DNA of 64,000 bases from Rhynchopus sp. YZ270_cl-10 (Eukaryota): positions 620,001-684,000 of the forward strand of contig OZ037846.1 in NCBI GenBank assembly GCA_964035575.1, given 5' to 3'. Position 1 is the first letter of the stretch, and every line of letters starts with the position of its first letter. Positions 25,716-37,500 of this stretch are shown here, one piece after another. The position numbers were made by a program, and so were the translations under genes. Under the pieces are notes generated by a model. It did not search any database and had not been told where the DNA came from. It saw nothing but the letters and a program-made list of their open reading frames with translations.

Positions 25716-25954
25716 GAGGTGATCCAGTCTCACGCTTTTTCACACATTTTCACTTGGTTTCACGGTGTGAAAAAGTGTGTACGAAAGTGAAAAAAAAAAA
25801 CTGCTTCACGCACTCTGTGTGGATTCCTCCAGAAAAAAAACTTGGTATTTTCACATGGTTTCACACATTTTCACTTGGTTTCACATATTTTCACTTGATT
25901 TCACACATTTTCACGGTGTGAAAAAGTGTGGAAAAGTGTGCGCTGGATCACCTC
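25716..25954. mobile_element. MITE with GAGGTGATCCAG termini
   Basis: 12-bp perfect TIR gaggtgatccag / ctggatcacctc. ataaaa duplicated on both sides. Empty site gcataaaagagc is visible in the paralogous unit at ~23826. Confidence 0.88.
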
Positions 25955-26080
25955 AATAAAAGAGCAAAACAAAACAACAGGATCCTTAAAAGACAGCAAA
26001 TAGAAGGAGTACGTTTTGCAGTAGGATGTCAGCACCCTTGGGACAAACAAAGCCACAAAACGAGAATACCAAAACGCCAC

Positions 26081-27259
26081 CTACAGTGGTGGCTTTAGCT
26101 TCGTGATGGGTGTGAGCCTCATTGCCTGGGCCCCCAGGTCCAGCGAGGCTTCCTGCCACTGATAATCGCCGCACAATGCAAGAATGATTGATGTACGCCC
26201 TGTCCCACTCAGCACACCTTGCAGGAGACGGGTCAGCGCAGTGTTTCGCCAGGGGACAACGCTACCCTCTTTGGACAAGGCACAAACGGTCTGCCTCAAA
26301 GACAGTAACGATGCGTTGATAGTCTTTCCCTCTTCACGGTAGACCGCTGGGGCATGAGGATCAGTCTTGTTGAACCGCTCAAACCCCGCCAGGTCGGCAA
26401 AGACAATCCGTCCCTCACCACTACTCATACGAATCTGCACAGAAAAGGCCACATGCCCTCTTGAAGTGACCACATTGCTGCGGTCCTCCCTGACCACCCT
26501 CCTCCCCTCACCTTCACGAAACACCTTCACAAATGCATCCACATCAGGCAGCTCCACGACAGAACAGTGTTCCCAATCGACGTCCCCTGCGTTGAATTTG
26601 AGGCTGACCTTGTTTTGCTCCTCCAGAAGGTCCGTCACCTGGTGTCCTCGGTAGATCTGCACAAACTGCGCAGAAAGCGACACAACCCTCCCCTCCCTCA
26701 TCGCGTCGCACAGATACTCTGCAGCCTGCACGACAAGCCCTGGCACTTCCACACCTCTGCCGCCCATGATGTGGGTTTCCCCTCCCCCAATGTTTAAGGC
26801 AAGAACACACGAAGACCTCCCACCCAAGGCATGCTCCAAGGCAGGCAGGGTCGTGCCACGAAACAGTTCCTCAGGGCTGGCTGAAGGGGGGAACACATCA
26901 TCAAGTCTGTACACTCTGCTGTTCACATGGACGGAGTCGTTGTGCACTGAAAGGGAGTCGCCAGGGTGTGTTACCTTCCCAAAGACAAGACAACGGCGGG
27001 AGGAGAAGTCTGCGGTTGGTGCTTCCTTTCTCGTGAGCGTTAAAACGTCGCCAGACGAGATGCCCGTCAGGCGCAGCGCAGTGCTGTCATCCAATACATC
27101 CCCGTTTGGTCCACCCACCCTCAAACACATCCCACCCAATCCCGTCGTCACACCCAACGCTTCCACAGCCTTCTTCTTCAAGCTCGCTACTACCTCGTCT
27201 TCAGAAGACTCCAAAGTGCACATCACTCCAGATGGATGCTGTGCAACGTGAACATCCAT
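26081..27259 (-). CDS. Ubl-domain + degenerate kinesin motor domain protein, copy 3 (392 aa)
   Basis: Tandem paralog. DLAGFE is the closest of the three to canonical DLAGSE. Confidence 0.88.
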   Translation of the reverse strand: MDVHVAQHPSGVMCTLESSEDEVVASLKKKAVEALGVTTGLGGMCLRVGGPNGDVLDDSTALRLTGISSGDVLTLTRKEAPTADFSSRRCLVFGKVTHPGDSLSVHNDSVHVNSRVYRLDDVFPPSASPEELFRGTTLPALEHALGGRSSCVLALNIGGGETHIMGGRGVEVPGLVVQAAEYLCDAMREGRVVSLSAQFVQIYRGHQVTDLLEEQNKVSLKFNAGDVDWEHCSVVELPDVDAFVKVFREGEGRRVVREDRSNVVTSRGHVAFSVQIRMSSGEGRIVFADLAGFERFNKTDPHAPAVYREEGKTINASLLSLRQTVCALSKEGSVVPWRNTALTRLLQGVLSGTGRTSIILALCGDYQWQEASLDLGAQAMRLTPITKLKPPL

Positions 27260-28186
27260 TGAAAAGAGGTGGGTGGTTAGAGTATTAGAAGGAGCGTGGA
27301 AGGAAACTGTGAAAGTGGTTGTGAAATGAAAAAAAAAAAAATCGATGGAATACAGAAGGAGAGGGACAACAAAGACAGCATGGACTTGAAATACAACAGC
27401 CACCTCTTGTGTACCTTTGGTACAATGACCGGGTGTACCGTGGGTGGACCAACCGTGTCTGCCGTTCATGCATTTCGAAGTTACCATCTGATCTGCTCAA
27501 CTCCCGCTTCTCATCAGTCTGTACAAATACTATTGTCATCATATGCAATCAATAAATTGATAGTATATGGTGAGGGATCAACAAAAATGTTCCCATCTTT
27601 CTTTTTATGTTTTGCAAAACGTAGAAAAGAAAAGTAAAATGCTTCGTAAACAAGTATAAATGAAAGAAAAAGGGGGGCTTTTTGAGAACATATTTTTGTT
27701 TATATTCAGGCACCAGCCAGTTTAACTGGTAGGTGTGTGAGCGGCGCGCGAAGCACGCCCGCGAACTGCGTGCGAGCAGTGAAAGCTGCCCAGTACGCAC
27801 ACTCCATTTGCAACCTTTGTATACCTTCTTCAGGTAAAAGACAAAGACATACTTCGTGGTCCGCCTGAGTCCGCCAAAAAAAAAAAAAATCCCACCAAGA
27901 CCCCGCCAGAGTTGAGACAGACCTGAGACGGACTCGGGCGGAGTCCGCCTGAGTTGGGGTACGGACCACCCTCACTCCATTTTTCCACCTCGGGATACTG
28001 CCCCATCTCTCTAATAAAAGTTTCACCCACCCCATCCTCAGTAAACCATTGGCGCATTTGCCACAGAATCAGGGCAGTAAATCACCACAAGTGAACCAGA
28101 CAACGGAAGTTGCTGGAACGATACCGCACTGTGCTAAAAAGGGCGTGTTGTACAAACAAAACAAACAAACAAACAAAATAACCTGA

Positions 28187-30286
28187 TTAAACTGATCTCA
28201 CTACGTCCTTCATCTCCTGTGTGGCAAGCATGCGATAACAACTACCCTTGTGCTGGACAAGAACGTCTTCAAGTGCAGACGGCAGTGTTGTCCCTTCAGG
28301 AGGCTCGTACAGACACACAACCCCGTCACGCACAGCCTCCTCGCACAACGCCCAACTCCGACGCACAGCATCCCCCATCACAGTCACAAAGCGCTGGCTC
28401 CGTGCACCAACATCCCCGTGCTGCACAGGACCGCTTACAAGACCAGCCCCGTTCAGTGTAGACTTCACAGACATGCGCTGCACAAACCGTATCGCGTTCT
28501 CCATGTGTGCAGGTGCAGATCGCGATACGTTCCACCCAACACACACACAGTTCCCAAGCAGCGTCACCAGACTCCCTCCACTCTGCTCCAGTGCAATGGT
28601 GAATGTGACAAGCTTTGAGCTCATGATAAAAAATATTTCATTTCCCCCCACGTCGCCCACTGCTAGCTGTGCGACGCCCACAGTGCCGGAGACCCGGCGT
28701 GAAGCGTTCCCAAAGCGTGATACAGAAATGAGAGAGTCAGCGGATGAAGATATGGATGACCATTTGCTGGTTGATGACTTCGTGCCAAGTAGTGTCTCCC
28801 TTCGTCCCCCAAGTGAGACAGGCCACACGCAGCACACCGATACGCTGTCTGCCACACCCTTCAAGTGAACTGCCTCTGGCACACCAACAACAGCACTGCA
28901 CGACCCAGAGACAGACGCCCACAGGTCAGAGGGCACAGCCACAGCACCAGGTGTGCATGTGCTCTCAAGGCGTGCAGCAACGTTCACTGTGTGTCCGAAG
29001 TAGTCTGTCCGTCCCGTCAGTGTGTTCTGCTCCACAGTCACAGGGCCAGTGTTCACACCAATGCGCACAGTCAGACCACCCCACAGCGACCCCTGCCGAG
29101 AGCAGATTGGTGCATCCTCAAGCAGAGACGCAGGCCAGTCTGCTTCCAGCAGACGTTCGTGCACACGCAACCCAAACGCCACACCGTCGCAAGTGGATGT
29201 AAAGGCCACCATGAAGGCGTCGCCAATGGTCTTCACCTCGTACCCACCACACATCCGCATCACCTCACGCACCACAGCGTTGTGGGTCTGCAGTCCAGCA
29301 CGCATCCCCTCAGGTGCAATCTCCCAGATCGACGTCGACGCACGGATGTCTGTGAACACAATCGTTGCTGTCTCGCTGACAAGCCCAGGCGGTGCCACAG
29401 TCGGCTGCTGCACACCGTCCTCATCAGCCTCAGCCTCAAACAGCGCAGCAGGGAGGTAGGGACGGTACTTCCGCAGGTTCTCCTCCAATCCCCTCAATGC
29501 AACAGTCATCCCCTCAGGCAGGTCACCCCCATGCACCTTCAACAGCTCCGCCACCTGCTCCACGTCGTAGCCAGCCAGCAACGACGCAATCTCCTGCACA
29601 ACGTTGATCGTCCGCTCCATTGACTCCTGCTCCTTCAGGAGACCACGCGAAAAGCTTCGCGTTGCGACGAAATCTACTAGGAACACTGTGATGGGGGTTC
29701 CTATTTGGCCTAGCTTATCTGACATGGCACATGGCGGACTCTCACACTCCGTCAGCTTTCTGTAATACTCCCGCCTGCCGTGCTCACCTTCCTGCACGGG
29801 AAGCCCTGGCATATCCAACAGGCCAAACCTATACGTCTCCTCCAGCCCCATCAACACTATCCAGAGCACCGTGAAGCAGACCACCGCTAAGACGTACAAC
29901 TGATCCACTTCAAGCAAAATCAAAAAGTCAACAATAAGCACCAACGACGGCCAGAAGGTGTAGTTGAGCGCACGCACCGAAAGGTCTACGAGAAAGAGCG
30001 ATACGGCAACGGTATAGGCACTGCCGATGATGACGGTGTTCGAGAGGTGGCGTTTGAAAAGAATTGTGAAGAGCGCGTAGGCTGTCGACACTACGTAGAT
30101 GCCATGCGACATGACGTGCATCTGACGGTCCGCCAGGGCCTCGGAGGTGAGCACGGCATCGGAAATGGACAGCACAGAGGACGTCACAATCACCCAGAAG
30201 AAGAGCTTCCGTCGCGTTGCCTCCTTTGCTGTTACGGTTCCGTCCACGGTGAACGCTGCTTCCAGGCAGGCGCTGCAGCTTCTCAT
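28187..30286 (-). CDS. Multi-pass membrane class III adenylate cyclase with a second degenerate cyclase domain
   Basis: ~5-6 N-terminal TM helices; TIVFTDIRAST, GYEVKTIGDAFM, VRIGVNTG, DYFGHTVNVAARLE; C-terminal GLVSGPVQHGDVG...VTVMGDAV pseudo-domain. Confidence 0.93.
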   Translation of the reverse strand: MRSCSACLEAAFTVDGTVTAKEATRRKLFFWVIVTSSVLSISDAVLTSEALADRQMHVMSHGIYVVSTAYALFTILFKRHLSNTVIIGSAYTVAVSLFLVDLSVRALNYTFWPSLVLIVDFLILLEVDQLYVLAVVCFTVLWIVLMGLEETYRFGLLDMPGLPVQEGEHGRREYYRKLTECESPPCAMSDKLGQIGTPITVFLVDFVATRSFSRGLLKEQESMERTINVVQEIASLLAGYDVEQVAELLKVHGGDLPEGMTVALRGLEENLRKYRPYLPAALFEAEADEDGVQQPTVAPPGLVSETATIVFTDIRASTSIWEIAPEGMRAGLQTHNAVVREVMRMCGGYEVKTIGDAFMVAFTSTCDGVAFGLRVHERLLEADWPASLLEDAPICSRQGSLWGGLTVRIGVNTGPVTVEQNTLTGRTDYFGHTVNVAARLESTCTPGAVAVPSDLWASVSGSCSAVVGVPEAVHLKGVADSVSVCCVWPVSLGGRRETLLGTKSSTSKWSSISSSADSLISVSRFGNASRRVSGTVGVAQLAVGDVGGNEIFFIMSSKLVTFTIALEQSGGSLVTLLGNCVCVGWNVSRSAPAHMENAIRFVQRMSVKSTLNGAGLVSGPVQHGDVGARSQRFVTVMGDAVRRSWALCEEAVRDGVVCLYEPPEGTTLPSALEDVLVQHKGSCYRMLATQEMKDVVRSV

Positions 30287-31603
30287 ATTCGTAATATAGC
30301 AATAACAATAGAAAAAAAGAAAAAGATTTTGTTTGATTATAGACTACTATCACTAGATAATAGCCACGGGTTTTCTTCACAGGATCCTTAAAAGAGAGCA
30401 AATAGAAGAAGTACGCGCGAAAAAAGAGAAAAAAGAGAAGAGAGCCTCTCTGGCCGCCAATATGCTGGGAAAAATTTGTTTGATTATAGACTACGATCGC
30501 TAGATCGCAAAATTTTCTTCACAGGATCCTTAAAAGAGAGCCAGAAGGCCACCGATATGCAAAAGAAAGGTCGGACCCTGACTATATTTAGTCGACCTCA
30601 CAAAAAAAGTAGGGGATGGAAAAAAAAAAAAAAACGAAGAGGAAGAGGGCGAGAGAGGGTGTGTATTGGAGGAATGGGGGAGTGTTTTGGGAGCTGCTTT
30701 TGGGAGGGGTGGAGGAGGGGGGGGCTGTGTGGATCACCTTTTTTTTTTTGGCAGTGTGGGGCCAAAGGGTATAGGGTAGAGAGTCACCCCCGGGAACGGT
30801 AGTGTTATTGGACCCTGAGAAGTCGTCGGCATCTGAAAGGCCGAGAGCTGAGGGCGAAGGGGTGACCAAAAGGTGCTAAGGGAAAAGAAATATGGGGAGA
30901 CGGCAGGATTTCATAACTATTCGAAAAAGCCAAGCAACAAAAAGGGTGGAAAAACAACGGAGGGCGGGGGGGAAACCAGAGACACTCTCTGGCAGGTGGA
31001 GTAGCCAACATCTGTCGTATCTTGCTTTCGCGTTGAGTTGAACACTGTATGATCCTTTCACCAACTGAGCGGGGTCAGGGGGCCTTCTCACAGTTGTCTC
31101 GTATTGTGAGAAAAAGCTTCCCCTACCTTCTCGAGTGATAGGTATTAAAACGTTGGCGTCAAACCGTCTACAGTGTCAAACTCTGAAAGCTTTTATGGTG
31201 CTCAAATGAGTGGGCATTTTTATGTGCGAAGTAAAGAAATGCTTTTAAGATGAACCTCAACCTCACGCGCTTTCACCTAAATAAACGAAATAGGAGAAAA
31301 AGAAAATGCATAGGGGAAAGGGGAAACGTATATAAACCGCCAACATCACTGGTGCAGGCAGGTGCACCAGAAAAACTTGGAAGTTCCAAAAAAAAAAAAA
31401 AAACGTTCCTAAAAGGATGCACCGTGAGGGTTGAGGGGTGTAGAAATGATAAATTCATACAATACAACTGAGGCCAAACAAGCCTCGCTAAGGCAGGCTC
31501 AGACGTGGCTCGGGGTGTCCTAATAATACTCAGGCGCGCCTGAAGCGCGATGGGAAGTATATGGCAGCGTCCACAAAAGACCCCCACTCCCTTACAGCTA
31601 ACA

Positions 31604-31756
31604 CACGGCGGACTAGTCAGGTGAACTACTAGTGAAACTACTAGTCGTAACAACTAGTGCTACACTGGTGGTGTTACTGGTGTAACACTAGTTGTAAAAC
31701 ACTAGTCATTTGGACCAGTAGCACTACTAGTAGTCTTCTCTGACTAGTCCGCCGTG
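31604..31756. mobile_element. MITE CACGGCGGACTAGTCAG family
   Basis: 17-bp perfect TIR cacggcggactagtcag / ctgactagtccgccgtg; actagt internal repeats; second copy at 33335-33579. Confidence 0.8.
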
Positions 31757-31798
31757 CATCCATGCCACCTATTGGTGTTTCAATAAGCACGGATGTTA

Positions 31799-31901
31799 GC
31801 CACCGTCCTGCTGTCTAGATGAACCTACACCCTTTGTGGGATCTGATGAGCGACCACTCGGGCACCTTAAAGTCAGCTCTCGGTTCATCCCGCGTCGCCA
31901 G
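31799..31901 (-). pseudogene. LSU (28S) rRNA fragment, ~100 nt
   Basis: Reverse complement ctggcgacgcgggatgaaccg...taaggtgcccg...cgctcatcagatcccacaaagggtgtaggttcatctagacagcaggacggtggc matches conserved LSU domain II sequence. Confidence 0.9.
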
Positions 31902-33334
31902 GCTCTAAGTGTGGGGCTTTCGTGGACGCTGCCATATAGTGCCTACCTTGGCCACGCCTCAGATAGATTTTCCAGACATGCCTATTTTGAGGCGCAGTCG
32001 GCCTCTTCATAGTATGGAAATTGTGGGAGGGTGGGAAAGACACGCAGTATGGGTGACCCCATACAGATGCGTATCTATGTGGAAAATAGAAATAGAAACC
32101 AGTATCGTGCATCACGCAAACACCATGCGCAACCAGTCGAGGAAAACGGCTTGTTGCTGGTGGGTTGTACAATGACGCGAAGGGTGTGGCAGGGTTGGGG
32201 TTTGAGGGTTAGATGCGCATGACACGGTGGTGAAAATCACCAAAAAAAAACTGTTGGAGAAAAAGCGTAGGTCCCCCGAATGGGGTAGGCTTAGAAAGCC
32301 TCTTTCACAGGAATATATCAACCGTCATTAGGCTCTTTGATCACTGATCTCAGGGGAGCAATCCCCTATCGATTAGAGTGCCTGAATGGGGTAGGCTTAG
32401 AAAGCCTCTTCACAGGTCTTCGTCTAAGTCAACAGTGCAGCAAAGTGCGTTAGTGGTTCCCACTCGGGGTACCCACCTTTGCCTCTTGTGGCAGTAGTGC
32501 AAAGAGTTTAAAAAAACATTGTCAGGAGAACCTTATCATCACAATGCTGTTGGTTACCTGAATAAATAAAACTGTTTTAAAGAAAACAAAAAAAAAAAAA
32601 AAAAAAAGGTTGAAAGTTTGAATATTGAGGTGATACACCGGCCACACACTTTTTTTTTCTCGCTTTTTTTCCCTCATTTTTTCTTCGCGATGTGAATAAA
32701 AAGTGCGCGTTGTATGACCTCAAATATGTCTTTCATGTGGACATATCTAAACAAAATACAGTTAACACAACAAAACACCGGTGGGGTAAAAACTAAGGTA
32801 TATTTGGGGATTTCAAAACCGGAGGGTTTTTACCGCCCCCCCACCGATGGTTTGTTGTGTTACTATAAATTATTGTGTCAAAAAGCGTTTATAAAAAAAA
32901 AAGATTAAAAATGACTGCCGTGCGCAGACATCTTCAGAGAGCAAACACACAAATTGTGACAGATGAAACGGCTGTCAAACATTATGCTACAATGGTGGAG
33001 TGGAGGGGATGTGTAGGGGGTGCAGTGTGGGCACCTCTCTACTCAAAAGGTGTGTACAAAGTCGATAGTTGCGGCACAGCGCATTTCGCCATAGGTGGTG
33101 ACTGGGGCTGTCGCTCGCAGGGCTAAAGAATGGAAGAGAAAGAGAGAGCGAGCCCTTGAGTAAGTGGCAAAAAAAAAAAAAGTAATAAAAATAACCTCGG
33201 TTTTGATTCAAAGCTCTTTCAAGATTCTGATAGATACCTAGATCTCCTTGGACGTAGCAACGCTACTTCAAAGGATTGACTTTAAAAGAGCGAGAAAGAA
33301 CGAGAAAGAAAAAGAGACAGTGAGACAGAGAGAG

Positions 33335-33579
33335 CACGGCGGACTAGTCAGAGGGGGGCTGCTAGCGGAACTACAAGGCCATAACGACTAATGTGACAAC
33401 CACATAGCGATACCATGTGGATACAAGGTGGCAAATTGCCTCCCAGGGAAAGGGACTCTCAACAAAATCAAAAAAAATCCCTAAAAAAAGGGCTAATTTC
33501 AAATATTTCGAGTAAAACACTTTAGTCATTTGGACTATAAGCACTCTAGTGGTCCGCCGACGTTGACTAGCCTGCCGTG
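33335..33579. mobile_element. MITE CACGGCGGACTAGTCA family, copy 2
   Basis: cacggcggactagtca ... tgactagcctgccgtg, inserted in a (GA)n tract. Confidence 0.72.
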
Positions 33580-34567
33580 AGAGAGGGGGGGTTTTTGATA
33601 AATAAATATTTTTTTTTGAATAGATAAAAGCAATAAATTACTTTTTATTTAAAACAAAAGGCACTCCGTATCCAAAACAATGAGAGAGGGGAGGGGAGGG
33701 GAGGGGAGGCGCGATAGTGAAAGGACAAAGGGGTGAGGACACATATGGGACGAAATGCACCTAGGGTGGGAGGGGGAGGGTCTAAAGAGAAAAAAAAAAA
33801 AGAAAGCGCTCAGTGTTCCTGTTCAAATAGTATTTGCGTTCAACCAACGCCACACCAAAGAACATTTCTGTTCACGTGTAGGGGGGAGGAGAAACACACC
33901 GACAAAGGAATCAAAAAGTGAAAATCCTGAAGGTGTTGTTTTTTTTTTTTTTGTCTGAATCCACCCCTTCCAACCTTACGCAAAAAAAGTAAGTGGCATA
34001 AAAAAAAAAAAATGGAAATAAAAAAATGCGCTTTTTGTTCATAATTTTTTATCACTGACTCCCCCCAAAAAAAAAAGTATCAAAGATACTGAAACAAGTT
34101 TGATAGAGAAAGAAAAAGAAAGGTTTATAAGATGACCCTAAGCCTCTCGTGCTTAGTCACCTTGATCGTATATAAAAGAGAGAGAGGGGGGAAGAAAGGA
34201 CAAAGGGGGGTGTGAGGACACACATGGGACGAATGCACCAAGGGCAGGTGTGATGTATGGATTTGATAATACGCAGGATTTTTTTTTTTTGCGATAGAAT
34301 CAAATCCAAAAAAACAACATAAAATTTGAAAAAAGGATGAACATAAAGTTGAGCTGTGAATGCCCTCTCTGCACACACATAAAAAATAAGACGGGTGATC
34401 CTAAGCATCTCGTACTTAGTCACACTGCATCTCCCGTGAGTGTGGCCAGGCAAAGTTACCTCCTTTACCTTTGACCCCAAAAAAAAAAAAGCAAAAACAA
34501 TAACACGGCTGGGCGGAGGCCGTTCAGATGCAGATACCAGATGCACCTTGGTACCTTATGAAGAAAA

Positions 34568-37500
34568 TCAGAAGTAGGGGAGAAGGAGTGTGCGGTACGG
34601 TTCGAGCCCTGCGAGGGTGGTTTTGTGGGCGGCGGCCTGTGCGGCAGCGATGTTGCAGGAAATCTTGCCCCACATTGAGTTGCACTGCGACCCTGTGGCC
34701 GCCTTGTCGAGGGCAGCGATTGAGGTCTGGAGCTGCGTGTACCACGTCGTCACAACACCCTTCATGGTTTCGACAAAGAGCATCTCACCTGCGGCAGAGC
34801 TGCTGCTGGCCTGGGCGAGTGCGTCGAAGAGAGGCGCGTCGACGGCGTCATGTTGCACACCAGATGTCTCCTTCAGCATTGCGTACACAGCGACCGTGAC
34901 ACCCATAGCAGGCACCTTGAAACACGATGCAATGGACCCGGTGCTGCACGACACCTGAGTCGCTGCGTAGCTTGTCATTGCAGCTGCGTGTTTGACAGCG
35001 TAGGAAGTGGCGTTCTTTGCTGAGGCCATCATGTGTGTGAGAATCGCCTTCGACTCGCTCTCAAGTGTGTCCAGCATAACGTTGCGCACCAGGCGCAGTG
35101 TGTCCAAAGAGCAAACCGCGAACTTAAAAGAGAAGATGCTCTGTGACGACACCTTAGCCAACACCGCCTGCTTCTGCTTGCAGGCCACCTCAGCCTCCTC
35201 GATAGCAATGACGGTGGCAGCCAGGCCACGGAGACGGGTGGACATACCGCGCTGTCCGGATTTGGTGAGCGACTCCTGCACCCACAGGTCGCGTCCAAGC
35301 CCATCCTTGGCCTCCTCACAGCGTGCAGTGATCACCGCATAGCACATAGTCTTCCTGACCTTCATGATTGACGCCCAGAAGCTGGTCCCGCTCGCCGTGA
35401 GTTCATCACACCCCGCAAGCGCCTTCGCGCACGCACGCTCCTCCGCAGGGATCTCGTACTTGGTCAGGACGTATGCCTCGTACGACGCATTCAGCACCAG
35501 CCCCACCTGTCCCTCAATCGTGTTCGGCGTGCTTGCAACAGCTGTCGGCGCGCCGGGCTTCTCAGTCACCAGGTCGCCGTCAAAGTCGGAGTGGAAGGAG
35601 AAGGACAGCTGCTGCATCAGGTAGTCGACAATGTCCCCAAAGTTGATGCGCACTGAAAAGCCGAGGTTGCGGTGGCGTGTCCCAAAGATGGTCACGTCAG
35701 CATGGAAGGACACTGCCACGTCATAGTTGCTCAGGTCGCTCGTGAACACCAGGCTGTGCACCACAAGCATGTTCTCCAGCACACTTCCGATGGCGTCCAC
35801 GACGTCAGCAAACACACCGACGGCGCCCTCGGCAAAGCTGAGCACCTCCTCCGCAAAGTCAAGCAGGATCTTCGACTCCTCGACAATGTCCTCTGCAAGC
35901 GAGATGAGTGCGGTCGCCGCCTTGCGCACACCTGCGAGGGTCGCCTGTGCTGCAGACAGTGCTCCCTTCACAAGGCTCTTACCCGCCTCGCACGCGTCCG
36001 AGATCAGCCAAATGTCCCCGCAGTCAAACTTGTCGACCTCCCTCTTTGCACGCCCCAGCTCGTTCTCCGCATCCTTGATGTCTGCCGCAACGTCCTCCTT
36101 CACGTTGTTCAGCTCTGCAATCGCATTGTCCCACGCCTTCTCTGCGGACTCCACAGCCTTCTTCGCGTCCTGCAGCTCCTTCTTCGCGTCGTCTGCCAGT
36201 CCCAGCAGGTACGACGTTGCACCACGCACAATGTCGCCAATCAGGTCCGCCTCCAGCTCCGCACGCACGCTGTTCGAGAACCCAGCCTCCCCAGGACGCC
36301 CGTAGCTGCTCATCGTCACTGCTGCCTTCAGGCTCCCAAGCGACAGCGCAAAGTGGCCCTCCACAGCGCTGTCGCTCATCTGCAGGTACAGCGACACAGA
36401 CTGCCCAAACACACTCGCCTTCCCGTCAATCAGCAGCGACTGCTCCGACGCCTGCAGCACCATCTCAAACCGCGGCCCACGTGTGTTGCTCGTAGCCGCC
36501 GTGATCGACAGCGGGCCCCACTCCACCACCTCCGCCTCAAACGCGGCAGACATCCCATCCGCGTTCAGGGCAAAGGATGCGTGCTTCACCTTCACCACAC
36601 CCCACAGGTCCAGGTTCGTCAGCTCAATCGACACACCCGCAGGGATCTCCACGGACACATCCGCAAAGGTGATGCTCACGGCGTTCACAGGGTCGGCGTT
36701 GAAGGACCCCTTGAAGTGGTCCACAGACATGTCCGTCAGCACGCTCCCGACACCCTTTGTGCACGCCGTGCAGTCCAGCAGACCCACCAGCACGTCCTGC
36801 ACGTCCAGCGTCGTCACCTCTGCCTGGAACGCGTTCTTCGTCGGCTCCGAAAGACTCACACTCAGCGTCACGTACCCTTGGGCTGCACTCAGCTGCACAC
36901 CCCCCGTCAGCGCAAACTCGCTCAGAATACCCACAGGCGTGATGCTGATGGACAGCCCAAGAGGGAAGAGGATCGCCACACCGTTCATCCCGAAGGGCTT
37001 GTTCCACGGCTCGTTGCTGTCAAACGCCACCGCAAGCGAGAGCCCTGCCACATCCACAAGCAGCGCCGCAGACGCACTCAGCACACGGTCGTCCATCGCC
37101 ACGTCAATCACCACCTGGAACCCAAACTCGGGTGCCCCCGCAGCCTTCACCACCAGCAGCAGCGACACCTCACGCAGGATCACATCCGGCGACCCCAGCT
37201 CCACCCCGCCGGCAAGCGCCAGGGCCAGGCGCATCTCTGTCGCGCTTGCCAGCGACGCCACAATTGTCACCCCGCCGTCCGCCCCTGATGCGTCTGCCGT
37301 CTGGTCGTTCAGCGACGGCGGTGCCACGGCTGCAATCCCCGCCATCACAGCACCGTCCAGTGGGATCTTCGCTGCCAGGCTGAACCCCTTCGGCACGTCC
37401 TTCCCGGCAAACGACGTTGCTGCGCTTGCCACCGACACCATCAGCATCTCGGGCGCAAGTGTCTCCACAACGGAACCGGCCAGGCCGGGGAACGACAGGT

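Noticed and set aside
33213..33290. Weak resemblance to the LSU rRNA 3' end (gtagcgttgctacg on minus strand)
   Set aside because: Match too short and gapped to support.
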